Part shown: piece by piece, positions 1 through 9,926 of the stretch
Position numbering within the stretch: the first letter of the stretch is position 1
Layout: the number at the start of each line of letters is the position of its first letter
NCBI GenBank assembly: GCA_038326325.1
Contig: JBBQJW010000013.1
Span: 15,460-79,459 of the forward strand
Direction of reading: 5' to 3'
Length of the DNA: 64,000 nt
DNA from: Chitinophagales bacterium
GTDB taxonomy: Bacteria; Bacteroidota; Bacteroidia; Chitinophagales; UBA10324
Program-made: the position numbers and the translations under genes
The notes under the pieces: generated by a model
What the model saw: the letters and a program-made list of their open reading frames with translations, nothing else
Databases searched by the model: none
Told to the model about the DNA's origin: nothing

Positions 1-26
1 AATAGACCCAATTGGAAAAAATAGAA

Positions 27-58
27 GCCGCTCCGATAATTTTCGGAGCGGCTTTTTT
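27..58 (+). terminator. Rho-independent terminator hairpin
   Basis: Perfect 10-bp stem GCCGCTCCGA (27-36) / TCGGAGCGGC (43-52), 6-nt loop, T6 tail at 53-58. Confidence 0.7.
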
Positions 59-329
59 ATTTTATCAGATTTAATTTTTTTCACAATACTCATTATTAAG
101 TGCTGCTAGTTATTACTTCGCAATTCGGACTAAAAGACGGCTGAAGGAATTTCTTCTTCCAGCAGTTAGTGTTAAAATACTTAGTGTTTAGGAAATATAT
201 TTTCTATGGTTAGTTTTTTACCACTTTAACTGTTTGTATGTTTTGGTTTTGCTTAATGCGAACGAAGAAAGCACCTACAGGTAATCGGGATTAACAACTG
301 TAATTTGATTTAGGTTGTCTTCAGGAATT

Positions 330-578
330 TACTGAATTAATTTATCAATCATTTCATAAACCTGAACCTTAATATTCGCGGCGCAAAAGATGATAAACTA
401 ACTGTTACACTTACTGATGCTTCGAGCAAACAGGTTTTAAGTTCAACTGTTACACCTGACTCCGATAATTTTTATTTCATAATAAACACTAACCTAACGC
501 AAAACAGACAGCCGATATTACATGGCTGAAATAATAAAGAACGGAAAAGTTTATTCGAAAAGCGTGGTACTGCAATGA
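330..578 (+). pseudogene. Frameshifted 3-prime remnant of a T9SS C-terminal sorting domain gene
   Basis: The frame from 362 reads LNLNIRGAKDDKLTVTLTDASSKQVLSSTVTPDSDNFYFIINTNLTQ and then stops. A shifted frame continues YYMAEIIKNGKVYSKSVVLQ* (stop 576-578). Together these are the two halves of a typical T9SS CTD. No intact ORF lies upstream. Confidence 0.4.
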
Positions 579-672
579 GCAATGGAGAACTAAGAGTGAA
601 GAACGAAGTAAGATTGCTGCTTAATGCAGTGTAGAATTAAAAGTGAAGAGTGAAAAACTCTGCGTTCTTCAC

Positions 673-714
673 AAAAAAAATCCGCGCAACTGTAACAGTC
701 GTGCGGATTTTTTC
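673..714. terminator. Bidirectional terminator hairpin with a CTGTAACAG motif at its tip
   Basis: The layout is an A8 run, outer stem ATCCGCGC/GTGCGGAT (one G.T pair), inner stem ACTG-TAA-CAGT (689-699), then a T-run. It reads as hairpin plus U-tract on both strands and lies just downstream of the minus-strand gene ending at 745. Confidence 0.65.
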
Positions 715-744
715 ATACTAACGACAATTCTAATGTCAGAAAAT

Positions 745-3360
745 TTATTTAGTCAGAATCATTGATTTGGTGTCGATGAGTTTACCATCAATAAACAAAC
801 TATAGGTGTAAGTGCCTGCTGTCAGTTCGCCACTCTGAAGTGTAACAGTTCCGAAACCTGCCATGATATTTTCAAAGCGCTTCATCAGTTTGCCGTTTGT
901 ATCACTCACCTGAATGTATGCGGCTTTAGCAGTTGATGGAATGTAAAAACGGATGTAGCTCGATTGCATAAACGGGTTCGGCACATTCTGCTGTAACGAA
1001 GCAGTTTCCGGATTCAGATTTCCAGATGTAGTTGACCCCTGATAAGCCGAGCAGCATTGCGATAAAGCAGATTGAAAATCCTGTAACGACTTTTTTATGT
1101 CGGCCACTTCATTTTTCAACTGTGTGTTTTCATTTTGTAAATCAGTAATCTGTGCCTGTGCATCTGTGGAAATTCCGGTTTCAATTTCTTTTTGCTGATC
1201 CTGAACCGCTGAAATCAAAACAGGAATCAACTCCTGATAATTTACAGCAAGGTAGTTGAACGAAGATTTATCGTCGTTATAAAATTTATTATCAGAAACC
1301 AATTCAGGAAAAACTTTCTGCAGGTCCTGTGCAATCAATCCGTAATGATTTCCTGATGGTAAAAACATATCGCCGAATTCACCCACTTTAAACTCATATG
1401 AAGAAGGCTTCAACTCCATAATTTTATCAAGCGAATTTGAAATAGGAGTAACATTTTTTTTCAACTTCGCATCGGAAGAGTAAGAGTTGGTTCCGGTTCC
1501 GGTGAAGTTTCCGCTGCAGAAAATTGCATAAGTAGCACCATTGGAATTAGCTAACAAAGCTGCGTTACCATTGGTAGCACCTTTTGCATAAATTCCAAGA
1601 TAATTTCCTTCAAAGTAACCACCAAGTCCAAAGTTGGCATTTGTACCTAATGCTGTTCCTATTACCCCAACACCATCGTTATTTCCAGTACCGTCATAAT
1701 TTCCTTGCAGTGAAAAGGCAGAGCCAGCACCATTGGATCCGCCGGCATAAATTGTGGTAAATAAATTACCATATTGGGCACTTGATTGACCCCTCATTCC
1801 CATACCGCTATTAGAATATCCATAAGATCCAATACCTGTATTTGAAATTCCATAAACACCCATACTTGAATTTGAATTTCCATAAACCCCTGCATTGTTG
1901 CCTGAATTTCCATAAGTTCCAAAACCGGAATTTGAAGTTCCATAAACCCCAGCGCCTGTGAATGAACTTCCGTAAGTACCATTACCGGAATTTGAATATC
2001 CGTAAACCCCTGTGCTTGTGACTGAACTTCCATATGCTCCGTATCCGGAATTTGAATTGCCGACAACTCCATTACCTGTGGTTGCTGTTCCTACTACGCC
2101 ATTGAATCCTCCTAAAGAACCAAAACCGCCATTAGTTGAATATCCCTCAATAGCATAGTTATTACTATTTACATGCGCTTCAATAGCTGCAATTGATGTT
2201 TGGTCAGGGCCAGTGTAGTTTTTATTAATGTAAACACCTCCGCCATTTCCTGTTTTTGTGCAATTGAGTATATAACCTTCCCCCGGATCAGTTACTAAAA
2301 TCCCAGAGTATCCATTTGTAACTACATTGAGTTTATAACTCACATCTGTGGGTGCTCCACCAATACCAACTACCGAGGCGTTATTATTATAAATATCATT
2401 TCCTGTAGCAGTCCATTTGCTGTTAATGGTGTTTCCTGAAAAAGAAATCCCCGTTCCGGCGGTATAGGTTGTTCCTGTTGGAAGTATTACATTATTACCT
2501 CCGCTAATTGATAATGTGCTTCCTACAAGACTGAGTGTTTGAGCATCTGTATTCAATGATGTATTTGAGATTACAGTGCCAACAATTCCAATTCCTGTTC
2601 CGGCAGTATAAGTTGTTCCTGTTGGAAGTGTAACATTATTACCACCACTGATTGATAAGGTGCTTCCGGCAAGACTGAGTGTTTGTGCATCCGTATTCAA
2701 TGAAGTATTTGATATTACAGTGCCAACAATTCCAATTCCTGTTCCAGCGGTATAAGCTGAACCATTATCCGCACTCCATGCAAGCACACCTGCACCGTTG
2801 GTTTTTAATACCTGATTAACTGTTCCGTCAGTAGCAGGTAAAGTATATGCACCGACTTTTAAGTTGCCTTTAAAAATCCCATTCCCGGAGTTCGCGCCAA
2901 TTGAAAATACTGAGAGAGCAGAACTTGTTCTGAATTCATAAAGCAAACCGGAGGAATTAAAAAACAAACCATAGTTCGGGTTTCCGGCATACTGAAATGC
3001 ATATTTATTTCCGGCTACTTTATAAGCAGCTGTTCCGGCAAAAGATAAATTTCCTCCCGAATCAATTTTAGCCAGGTTAAATGAAGCACCAAACTGCCAC
3101 AGTCCGTTCGATTTTACACGACCTTTTTCGGTGTTGTTAGTTTTAAAAACAAAATCTTTATTGTCGGTAGTGCCTATAAAATTTGTTCCGGCGGTAGTTC
3201 CTGAGTTCCCAACTAGGTTCCACGATTGGGCAAAAGAATTGGTTGTGAAAGATGAAGTAATAGTTACAATACATACAACAATGAAGTGTAACAGTCTGAT
3301 ATTGATTTTACTCATTGAATTAATTTTTTTCAACAGGTATTCGTGAATCTTTGATTTCAT
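745..3360 (-). CDS. Secreted tail-fibre-like protein with a peptidase S74 intramolecular-chaperone domain and a T9SS C-terminal sorting domain
   Basis: 871-aa ORF with a signal peptide (alternative start ATG 3315, MSKINIRLLHF...SFAQ). It contains Gly/Ser/Tyr-rich decapeptide repeats. An S74-like block is present (SSDAKLKKNV...HYGLIAQDLQKVFPELV...AVNYQELIPVLISAVQDQQKEIE), followed by a coiled coil. The C-terminal CTD reads NPFMQSSYIRFYIP...GTYTYSLFIDGKLIDTKSMILTK. Confidence 0.75.
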   Translation of the reverse strand: MKSKIHEYLLKKINSMSKINIRLLHFIVVCIVTITSSFTTNSFAQSWNLVGNSGTTAGTNFIGTTDNKDFVFKTNNTEKGRVKSNGLWQFGASFNLAKIDSGGNLSFAGTAAYKVAGNKYAFQYAGNPNYGLFFNSSGLLYEFRTSSALSVFSIGANSGNGIFKGNLKVGAYTLPATDGTVNQVLKTNGAGVLAWSADNGSAYTAGTGIGIVGTVISNTSLNTDAQTLSLAGSTLSISGGNNVTLPTGTTYTAGTGIGIVGTVISNTSLNTDAQTLSLVGSTLSISGGNNVILPTGTTYTAGTGISFSGNTINSKWTATGNDIYNNNASVVGIGGAPTDVSYKLNVVTNGYSGILVTDPGEGYILNCTKTGNGGGVYINKNYTGPDQTSIAAIEAHVNSNNYAIEGYSTNGGFGSLGGFNGVVGTATTGNGVVGNSNSGYGAYGSSVTSTGVYGYSNSGNGTYGSSFTGAGVYGTSNSGFGTYGNSGNNAGVYGNSNSSMGVYGISNTGIGSYGYSNSGMGMRGQSSAQYGNLFTTIYAGGSNGAGSAFSLQGNYDGTGNNDGVGVIGTALGTNANFGLGGYFEGNYLGIYAKGATNGNAALLANSNGATYAIFCSGNFTGTGTNSYSSDAKLKKNVTPISNSLDKIMELKPSSYEFKVGEFGDMFLPSGNHYGLIAQDLQKVFPELVSDNKFYNDDKSSFNYLAVNYQELIPVLISAVQDQQKEIETGISTDAQAQITDLQNENTQLKNEVADIKKSLQDFQSALSQCCSAYQGSTTSGNLNPETASLQQNVPNPFMQSSYIRFYIPSTAKAAYIQVSDTNGKLMKRFENIMAGFGTVTLQSGELTAGTYTYSLFIDGKLIDTKSMILTK
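2462..2760 (-). repeat. 144-bp (48-codon) near-identical tandem duplication inside the CDS
   Basis: Unit starts (GTATAAG/GTATAGG) lie at 2462, 2606 and 2750, exactly 144 bp apart. The encoded peptide YTAGTGIGIVGTVISNTSLNTDAQTLSL(A/V)GSTLSISGGNNV(T/I)LPTGTT occurs twice, plus a partial third copy. Confidence 0.9.
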
Positions 3361-3538
3361 GGTTTAGGGTTGGTTTGTTGAATGTGAATCTATAAATAAT
3401 TTTCATAATTTGCTCCGGTGCAGTTAACCCCACTCACCCCTTATCCCGTCTCCAATGTTTATTCAGTATTTATTCATCGGAACCGATAAGCAATAACCGA
3501 TAACAGATGATTCATGTTTTGACCGGCGTTAAAAATTT

Positions 3539-3895
3539 CTATTCCCTTTGCTGCTTATTATCTCTATTACCCGCTTCAAACAACGAGTTAACTATCGACA
3601 GCACAATACTGAAAAGCAAAGCATACCAGAAACCATCCACCACAAAACCCGGAACAATTTTTCCGGCGAGCATAATCATAAATGCATTGAGCACTAACAG
3701 GAAAAAACCAAGTGTGAAAATGGTAATGGGTATGGTTAGAATAATTAAAACAGGTTTTACAAATGCATTGAGCACTGCAAGCACTGCCGCAACATAAATA
3801 GCGGTGAGCATGTTAGGCACTGTAACACCCGGAAGTAGGTAGGCAGAAACCAACACTGCTAAACCTGTAATTAAAATTTTAATAAGAAAGCGCAT
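3539..3895 (-). CDS. Phage-holin-family-IV / DUF360-like small membrane protein
   Basis: 118 aa with 3-4 TM helices. The pattern LITGLAVLVSAYLLPGV...AVLNAFVKPVL..LT.P is typical of the YvlD/DUF360 family. Confidence 0.6.
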   Translation of the reverse strand: MRFLIKILITGLAVLVSAYLLPGVTVPNMLTAIYVAAVLAVLNAFVKPVLIILTIPITIFTLGFFLLVLNAFMIMLAGKIVPGFVVDGFWYALLFSIVLSIVNSLFEAGNRDNKQQRE

Positions 3896-3977
3896 GTTGT
3901 TTTTTGTTGACCGAAAGATGCAAAGATTTTACAATTTATTCTGAAGGCAATTTCTTGTTTATAAAACACATTGCTAT

Positions 3978-4925
3978 TTAATTTTTATGATACAGAAAAT
4001 AATAGGCCTCCACATTATCTAAGTAAACACCATCGAAGCCGGTATCAATAATTTTTTTCAAATAAGAATCATTATTGCCAAAAATTATTTTCTGCCATTC
4101 GCTGTTCCAGAATTCAACCCACACTTCATCGGGGTATCCTGCATATTTTTTCTTCAGCCAATCGGGGTGGTTCACCTTCCAATCTGATTGCCAGTAGTAG
4201 CGATAGTTTTCTGCCGAACCAATGTTCATGTAAGCAATCACTATTCTTTTTTTACCGTTTGCTTTTGTTTTTAATTGTTCAATTTCAGACGCACTGAATG
4301 GCGCATCATCAAAAAACAAATCCATTATTATCATATCATAATTTGTATTCTCAATAGCCGCGAGCATTGTTTGTTTATCGCTGAATCCGGAATTACTTAT
4401 CAGGTATAAATAATTTTTTACTTCACTTAAAGCAGCGATATTATTTGTGTCTTCGTCCGTAATGTATGTTGGAATGTGTTCGTAGTAATAATCATTTACA
4501 TCTCTGATGAATGGAATAAATCCTTCGTTTTTATTTCTGGTGATGGCATCAGTAATATTATTATCGTCTGTAACAGATTCCGAAACAAAGATGGGTTTTT
4601 GCGATTTCAGGTTTCGTAAAATGTTTAAGCGGTAATCGTCAACGGATAATTTCCCGTTGTAAAATATTTCTTCATTGCCAAATGCATCAACGGCATTCAA
4701 GTAATTCTGATTGATGCCTTGTTGCTCGTCGGCTTGATTGTAAACAAGCTCAGCACCATTCTGCGGAACAATAAAAAACCCGGTGTCTATTGCTTTTGCG
4801 TAAGTAGAAATATCAACCACAAACTGCTGCATTTTAGCCGCTGCTTCATTTGTCTTTTTATTTTTGTTACACGATGAAATAATTCCAATAAGAAAAATTA
4901 AAAAGAAAAAATTAATAAATCTCAT
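3978..4925 (-). CDS. Lipoprotein, MJ1477/TM1410-type putative glycoside hydrolase (COG2342, endo-alpha-1,4-polygalactosaminidase-like)
   Basis: Lipobox IISSC. The C-terminal block IVIAYMNIGSAENYRYYWQSDW...DEVWVEFWNSEWQKII...GFDGVYLDNVEAYY matches the family signature as I recall it. Confidence 0.55.
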   Translation of the reverse strand: MRFINFFFLIFLIGIISSCNKNKKTNEAAAKMQQFVVDISTYAKAIDTGFFIVPQNGAELVYNQADEQQGINQNYLNAVDAFGNEEIFYNGKLSVDDYRLNILRNLKSQKPIFVSESVTDDNNITDAITRNKNEGFIPFIRDVNDYYYEHIPTYITDEDTNNIAALSEVKNYLYLISNSGFSDKQTMLAAIENTNYDMIIMDLFFDDAPFSASEIEQLKTKANGKKRIVIAYMNIGSAENYRYYWQSDWKVNHPDWLKKKYAGYPDEVWVEFWNSEWQKIIFGNNDSYLKKIIDTGFDGVYLDNVEAYYFLYHKN

Positions 4926-5050
4926 CGTATGAATTTAATTTAATAAACGAATGAAGTGTAACACTATTGTGTGAAATATGACTTTTATAAAACAATTTGC
5001 TGCGTAGTTTTTATTTTAAAATATCTACTTTATAATTTCTATTTACTTCT

Positions 5051-5542
5051 TCAACTTTTCATATTCACAAAATCCAACGGAAGTCCGTATTCATTTTTCC
5101 GCAGTAGCGCCATCACTGATTGCAGATCGTCAATTTTTTTTCCTGTTACACGCAGTTGGTCATCCATAATGCTCGTCTGCACTTTCAATCCCGAGTCTTT
5201 AATATCCTTCACCATTTTCTTTGCGTTGTCGCGGTCTATGCCTGCTTTTATTTTTATTTCCTTCCGAATCATGTTTCCAGAAGCATACTGGTCTTTACCA
5301 AAATCGAATGACCGTGGATCAACATGTTGTTTCAAAGCTCGTGATATAAGAATATCACCGATGGCTTTTACGCGCATTTCGTTTTCGGTGGTGATGGTTA
5401 TTTTATTTTCTTTCTTATCGAAATCAATTTCGGTTTTTGTCCCATGAAAATCATAACGATTCAGAATTTCTTTTCGTGCGGTGTTAATAGCATTGTCAAG
5501 CAACTGCGCATCCGATTTACTTACTACATCTACTGAAGGCAT
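5051..5542 (-). CDS. yajQ: YajQ-family (UPF0234) nucleotide / c-di-GMP-binding protein
   Basis: 163 aa, MPSVDVVSK.D.Q.L.NA...A.KEI..RYDF...K..I........I ... LKVQ..I..DQLRVTGKKIDDLQ. This is full-length family resemblance. Confidence 0.85.
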   Translation of the reverse strand: MPSVDVVSKSDAQLLDNAINTARKEILNRYDFHGTKTEIDFDKKENKITITTENEMRVKAIGDILISRALKQHVDPRSFDFGKDQYASGNMIRKEIKIKAGIDRDNAKKMVKDIKDSGLKVQTSIMDDQLRVTGKKIDDLQSVMALLRKNEYGLPLDFVNMKS

Positions 5543-5695
5543 TTTAATTTAATTAAAAGTGAAAAATTAAAAGTGAAAAATAATTAAAGTCTCAAATCCC
5601 TGAACTTTAAATTTATCACGCTGATATTTATTACGCACAGAAAAAAATAATATTTCGATGCCCATCTCTGTGTTCTCTGTGCCTCCGTGGTAAAA

Positions 5696-6016
5696 TCACT
5701 CCTCCAACCCCAGATCAAGATTTGTTAAAGCGTTTTGCAATTCGCTGTAAGTTTTCAGGTTTGTATTCTTTGTTAGTTCCATTCCTTTTTTATAAACTGT
5801 TTTTGCTTCCTCCTCTTTCCCCACTTGCTGTAACAGTTTCCCGTATTGATAATAGGTTCCAATGTAATCAGGATGATGTTCAATCAGAAATTGAAAACAA
5901 ATTTCTGCTTCTGTTAATTTTTCCTGCTTAATATATTCTAACCCCAAAGCATATCTCGAAAAAGTATCTGCCGGATTTTCGTCAATAAATATTTTCAGTT
6001 GTTCTGTTCTTTCCAT
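5696..6016 (-). CDS. Small TPR-repeat protein
   Basis: The ORF track starts at a TTG (6064); ATG 6016 (MERTEQLKIF) is more plausible. TPR-like helices are present (ALGLEYIKQEKLTEAEICFQFLIEHHPDYIGTYYQYGKLL). Confidence 0.5.
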   Translation of the reverse strand: MERTEQLKIFIDENPADTFSRYALGLEYIKQEKLTEAEICFQFLIEHHPDYIGTYYQYGKLLQQVGKEEEAKTVYKKGMELTKNTNLKTYSELQNALTNLDLGLEE

Positions 6017-6125
6017 TAATAAAAAATTATTGTTGATAGTTAACCCGTTGAAGCGAGGTCGCAAAAATAAAATTCAACTGCAGGTTGGAACTTAATTGTT
6101 CCCATTTTTATTTACACTCACAATT

Positions 6126-7196
6126 ATGGAACTCGGACTTTACTCATTTGCAGAATTACCACTCGATACTGTTACAGGAAATGGCGGTGCAGCGCAAAAG
6201 CGCCTGAACGACCTAATGGAAGAAATTGAACTTGCCGACCAAATCGGGTTAGATGTTTATGCAGTAGGCGAACATCATCGTCCTGATTTTGCAATTTCAT
6301 CACCTGCTGTTGTGTTGGGTGCGGCTGCTGTGAAAACTAAAAATATAAAACTGTCAAGTGCTGTAACAGTTTTAAGTTCCGACGATCCGGTGCGTGTGTT
6401 TCAGGATTTTGCAACTGTTGATTTGCTTTCAAATGGTCGCGCAGAAATTATGGCGGGCCGAGGTTCGTTCATCGAATCGTTTCCATTGTTCGGATATAAT
6501 CTGGAAGACTACGATGAACTGTTTTCAGAAAAATTAGAGCTGCTTATCAAATTAAATGAATCAGAAAAAATTTCGTGGAAAGGAAATTATCGCGCTCCTT
6601 TAAATAATCTTGGAGTGTATCCCCGACCTGCTCAAAATAAAATACCGATTTGGTTAGCAATAGGAGGAACTCCTGAATCTGCAGTTCGTGCCGGAACATT
6701 GGGTTTACCAATGGCACTCGCAATCATTGGAGGTACACCCGAACACTTTGTTCAATTGGTAGATTTATTTCGTCGCGCTGCAAAAGAATCCGGACACGAT
6801 GAAAAAAATATTGGAATGGGAATAAACTCTCATGCTTTCATTGGTGATGATTCAAAAAAAACGGCAGATGAATTTTTCCCACCATTCGCGCAGGTAATGG
6901 CAAAAATTGGGAGGGAAAGAGGTTGGTCAGGAATGACACGCGAGCAATATGATTATATGATTTCTCCGAAGGGTGCTTTGTTAATCGGAAGTCCGCAGCA
7001 AGTGATTGATAAAATTTTATATGAGCACGAATTGTTTCACAACAATCGTTTTCTCGCTTACATGAGTGTTGGCGCAATGCAGCATAAAAAAGTAATGCGT
7101 TCAATAGAATTATTCGGAACTGTAGTGGCTCCTGCAATTCGTAAAGCAATTCCTTCTGCAAAAATTGAAATGAATAAAAATTTTAAAAGTTATTGA
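6126..7196 (+). CDS. LLM-class (luciferase-like) flavin-dependent oxidoreductase
   Basis: [11 protein letters not shown]...[69 protein letters not shown]. The ORF track start (6096) is a TTG; ATG 6126 is preferred. Confidence 0.8.
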   Translation: MELGLYSFAELPLDTVTGNGGAAQKRLNDLMEEIELADQIGLDVYAVGEHHRPDFAISSPAVVLGAAAVKTKNIKLSSAVTVLSSDDPVRVFQDFATVDLLSNGRAEIMAGRGSFIESFPLFGYNLEDYDELFSEKLELLIKLNESEKISWKGNYRAPLNNLGVYPRPAQNKIPIWLAIGGTPESAVRAGTLGLPMALAIIGGTPEHFVQLVDLFRRAAKESGHDEKNIGMGINSHAFIGDDSKKTADEFFPPFAQVMAKIGRERGWSGMTREQYDYMISPKGALLIGSPQQVIDKILYEHELFHNNRFLAYMSVGAMQHKKVMRSIELFGTVVAPAIRKAIPSAKIEMNKNFKSY

Positions 7197-7324
7197 AATA
7201 ATATCGCTCTGATTGTTTCATAGCAAAAACCATTTCTCCCAGTGAGGAAAATATTCCTCAACTGTGGCAAAGCATTCCTGTTTTTATAATTAGTTTTTAA
7301 TGAAAACAGTAATTACTTTAACTG

Positions 7325-7510
7325 TTACACTTTTACATTAAACAGCGAATCCCACACACCGAAAACTTTAAGCAGCCAAATCACTAAAATGATTACCACC
7401 ACTGCATTCAGTAGGTTTTTAATGGTTGATTGCATTGGAATGTATTTGTTTACTAACCACAGTAAAATTCCAACAACAATAATGGTTACAATCACAGTTA
7501 AGAGAGGCAT
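7325..7510 (-). CDS. Small two-TM membrane protein (unknown function)
   Basis: 61 aa with two hydrophobic helices (VTIIVVGILLWLV, AVVVIILVIWLLKVF). The stop codon lies inside a GTGTAACAG motif copy. Confidence 0.5.
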   Translation of the reverse strand: MPLLTVIVTIIVVGILLWLVNKYIPMQSTIKNLLNAVVVIILVIWLLKVFGVWDSLFNVKV

Positions 7511-7605
7511 AAAATTTAATTTGATTTAATAATCAAACAACAAGGTTGGTGCCTCTTAATTTCGGGCATGTTTATTTAGGTAGTTGTTAGTATAAAACGA
7601 GTACA

Positions 7606-7983
7606 ATGAAGACTACAAAAAAAATTTCTAAACCAATTGAAAAGAAAAAAGTTAAATCAATTGTCGAAAGCAAATCAGTAAAGGCAACAAGTATGAATAC
7701 TCCTGTTCCTTCAAAAATTAAACAGTCGAAAAAGAATGTTAAACAAAGTGATAGTTCAACATCAGGAATTTCTGTTATTGAAGTTTTGAAGCAGGCGGAA
7801 GAAATGCACATGGTTCCGGTGCAGAGCGATGTGCATCCCCAAACTATTGAGGAACATAAAAAATTTGAACCTCAGAACCACGGGCGTCAAGAGGTTACTA
7901 TGCGTGGCGAAAACGAAAAAGTGCTTGAAGCCAAGGCAAATCGCAAGGGCACGAAAAGAATTTATCGCATGAGGAAATCGTAA
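7606..7983 (+). CDS. Lys-rich hypothetical protein
   Basis: 125-aa ORF of low-complexity basic sequence with no recognisable domain. Coding status is uncertain. Confidence 0.35.
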   Translation: MKTTKKISKPIEKKKVKSIVESKSVKATSMNTPVPSKIKQSKKNVKQSDSSTSGISVIEVLKQAEEMHMVPVQSDVHPQTIEEHKKFEPQNHGRQEVTMRGENEKVLEAKANRKGTKRIYRMRKS

Positions 7984-8165
7984 ACAATTCATTTTTATTA
8001 GGAATAAGAAGTGACTTTCTAAATTTCACTTTTAAAGAATAATTTAATAATTCACAATGATATTTCCGTTGTTGAATTGTCATTTTGCTCTCCACACTTT
8101 TCGGTTATTTTTACGCCCCTCAATAAAGCTGTTTTCATAAGCAGTTTCAATCCGGAAATAACACT

Positions 8166-8906
8166 ATGAAATTTTTAGTTTGTATTAGCAAGGCACCCGA
8201 TACCACTACCAAAATTGCCTTTACAGATAACAACACGAAATTCAATAACGATAAAGTTCAGTTCATCATCAATCCCTATGACGAATGGTATGCGTTGGTT
8301 CGTGCTTTAGAGTTGAAAGAAAAATCGGGCGGAACTGTTACAGTATTGAATGTTGGTGCAGTAGATAACGAAGCTATTATTCGAAAAGCGCTTGCCATTG
8401 GTGCTGATGATGCAGTCCGCATTGATGCCGAACCTGCTGATGCAATGTTTGTGGCAAAACAAATTGCCGAATATGTTAAAGCAAATGCATTTGATATTGT
8501 TCTCTGCGGAAAAGAAACTATTGACTACAATGGTTCCGAAGTAGGGGGTATGATTGCAGGGTTATTAGATTGGGGTTTTGTTTCTCTCGCTTCAAGCCTT
8601 GAATTAAATGGAAACACCGCAACACTCAATCGCGAAATAGCGGGTGGACACGAAACAGTTGAAGTATCGATTCCTTTTGTATTGAGTGCAGCCAAGGGAA
8701 TGGCAGAAGCACGAATTCCTAACATGCGTGGAATAATGGCCGCGAGAACAAAACCAATTACAGTTGTGCCTGTTGCTGCAAGCGAAAATTATACTTCCAT
8801 TCTTTCTTACGAATTACCGAAAGAAAAAACAGGAGTAAGATTAGTGAGCGCCGATAATGTTGACGAGTTGGTAGCACTGTTACACAACGAAGCGAAAGTG
8901 ATTTAA
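8166..8906 (+). CDS. etfB: Electron transfer flavoprotein, beta subunit
   Basis: 246 aa, MKFLVCISKAPDTTTKI...NPYDEWYALVRALELKE...VLNVG. It is immediately followed by etfA. Confidence 0.9.
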   Translation: MKFLVCISKAPDTTTKIAFTDNNTKFNNDKVQFIINPYDEWYALVRALELKEKSGGTVTVLNVGAVDNEAIIRKALAIGADDAVRIDAEPADAMFVAKQIAEYVKANAFDIVLCGKETIDYNGSEVGGMIAGLLDWGFVSLASSLELNGNTATLNREIAGGHETVEVSIPFVLSAAKGMAEARIPNMRGIMAARTKPITVVPVAASENYTSILSYELPKEKTGVRLVSADNVDELVALLHNEAKVI

Positions 8907-8934
8907 TCAAAAACAAGAAATCAATAAACACGAA

Positions 8935-9912
8935 ATGCCTGTATTAGTTTTTGCAGAAAGTGCGAACGGAACATTTAAGAAATCGAATTTTGAAGCGGTG
9001 AGTTATGGAGCAAAGGTAGCTGCACAATTGGGCACCGAAGCTTTTGTAGTTTCATTTGAAAACCTGAGTGATGATGTTTTAAAATCATTGGGCGATTATG
9101 GCGCAACAAAAATTTATCGCATTGCGAATGATGCATTGAAAAATTTTGAAGCAGGGTTGTATGCGAAAGTGTTACACGATGCCGCAAAAAAACTCAATGC
9201 CAATGTTGTGATATTTTCTTTCAATTATGAGGGCAAAGCGATTGCACCTGTTTTAGCTGCAAAGATGAATGCGGGATATGTTGCAGGAGCATTTGCACTT
9301 CCTGAATTGGAAGGTAGTACAATGAAGATTCGCAAAAATGTTTTCAGCGGAAAGGCAATTGCATTGTATGCGATTCATTCTGAAAATAAAATTATTGCAC
9401 TTACTCCGAATACTGTTGCTCCTGAGAAAACGGAGAACAAATGTTCGGTTGAAAACCTTGATATAACAGTTTCATCAACCGAAAGCAAAGTGAAAGTAAA
9501 GGAAGTGGTGAAAGCATCCGGAAAAATTTCGTTAAGTGATGCAGATATTGTTGTGTCGGCAGGTCGCGGATTAAAAGGTCCTGAGAACTGGGGAATGGTG
9601 GAAGAGATGGCAACAATCCTCGGAGCAGCAACTGCATGTTCTCGTCCCGTTGCAGATATTCACTGGCGCCCGCACGAAGAGCATGTTGGGCAAACCGGTT
9701 TAACGGTTCGCCCCAATTTGTACATTGCTTTAGGAATCAGCGGAGCCATTCAGCATCTCGCGGGTGTGAATGGAAGTAAGGTGATTGTTGTGATTAATAA
9801 AGATCCCGAAGCACCTTTCTTCAAGGCAGCTGACTACGGAATCGTAGGTGATGTGTTTGAGGTTGTGCCGAAGTTGAACGAAGCATTTAAAAAGTTTAAA
9901 TCAGGAGCTTAA
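8935..9912 (+). CDS. etfA: Electron transfer flavoprotein, alpha subunit
   Basis: 325 aa with the C-terminal FAD-binding block VVSAGRGLKG...CSRPVAD..W.P...HVGQTG..V.P.LYIALGISGAIQHLAG. Confidence 0.9.
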   Translation: MPVLVFAESANGTFKKSNFEAVSYGAKVAAQLGTEAFVVSFENLSDDVLKSLGDYGATKIYRIANDALKNFEAGLYAKVLHDAAKKLNANVVIFSFNYEGKAIAPVLAAKMNAGYVAGAFALPELEGSTMKIRKNVFSGKAIALYAIHSENKIIALTPNTVAPEKTENKCSVENLDITVSSTESKVKVKEVVKASGKISLSDADIVVSAGRGLKGPENWGMVEEMATILGAATACSRPVADIHWRPHEEHVGQTGLTVRPNLYIALGISGAIQHLAGVNGSKVIVVINKDPEAPFFKAADYGIVGDVFEVVPKLNEAFKKFKSGA

Positions 9913-9926
9913 TATATTTACATCGG

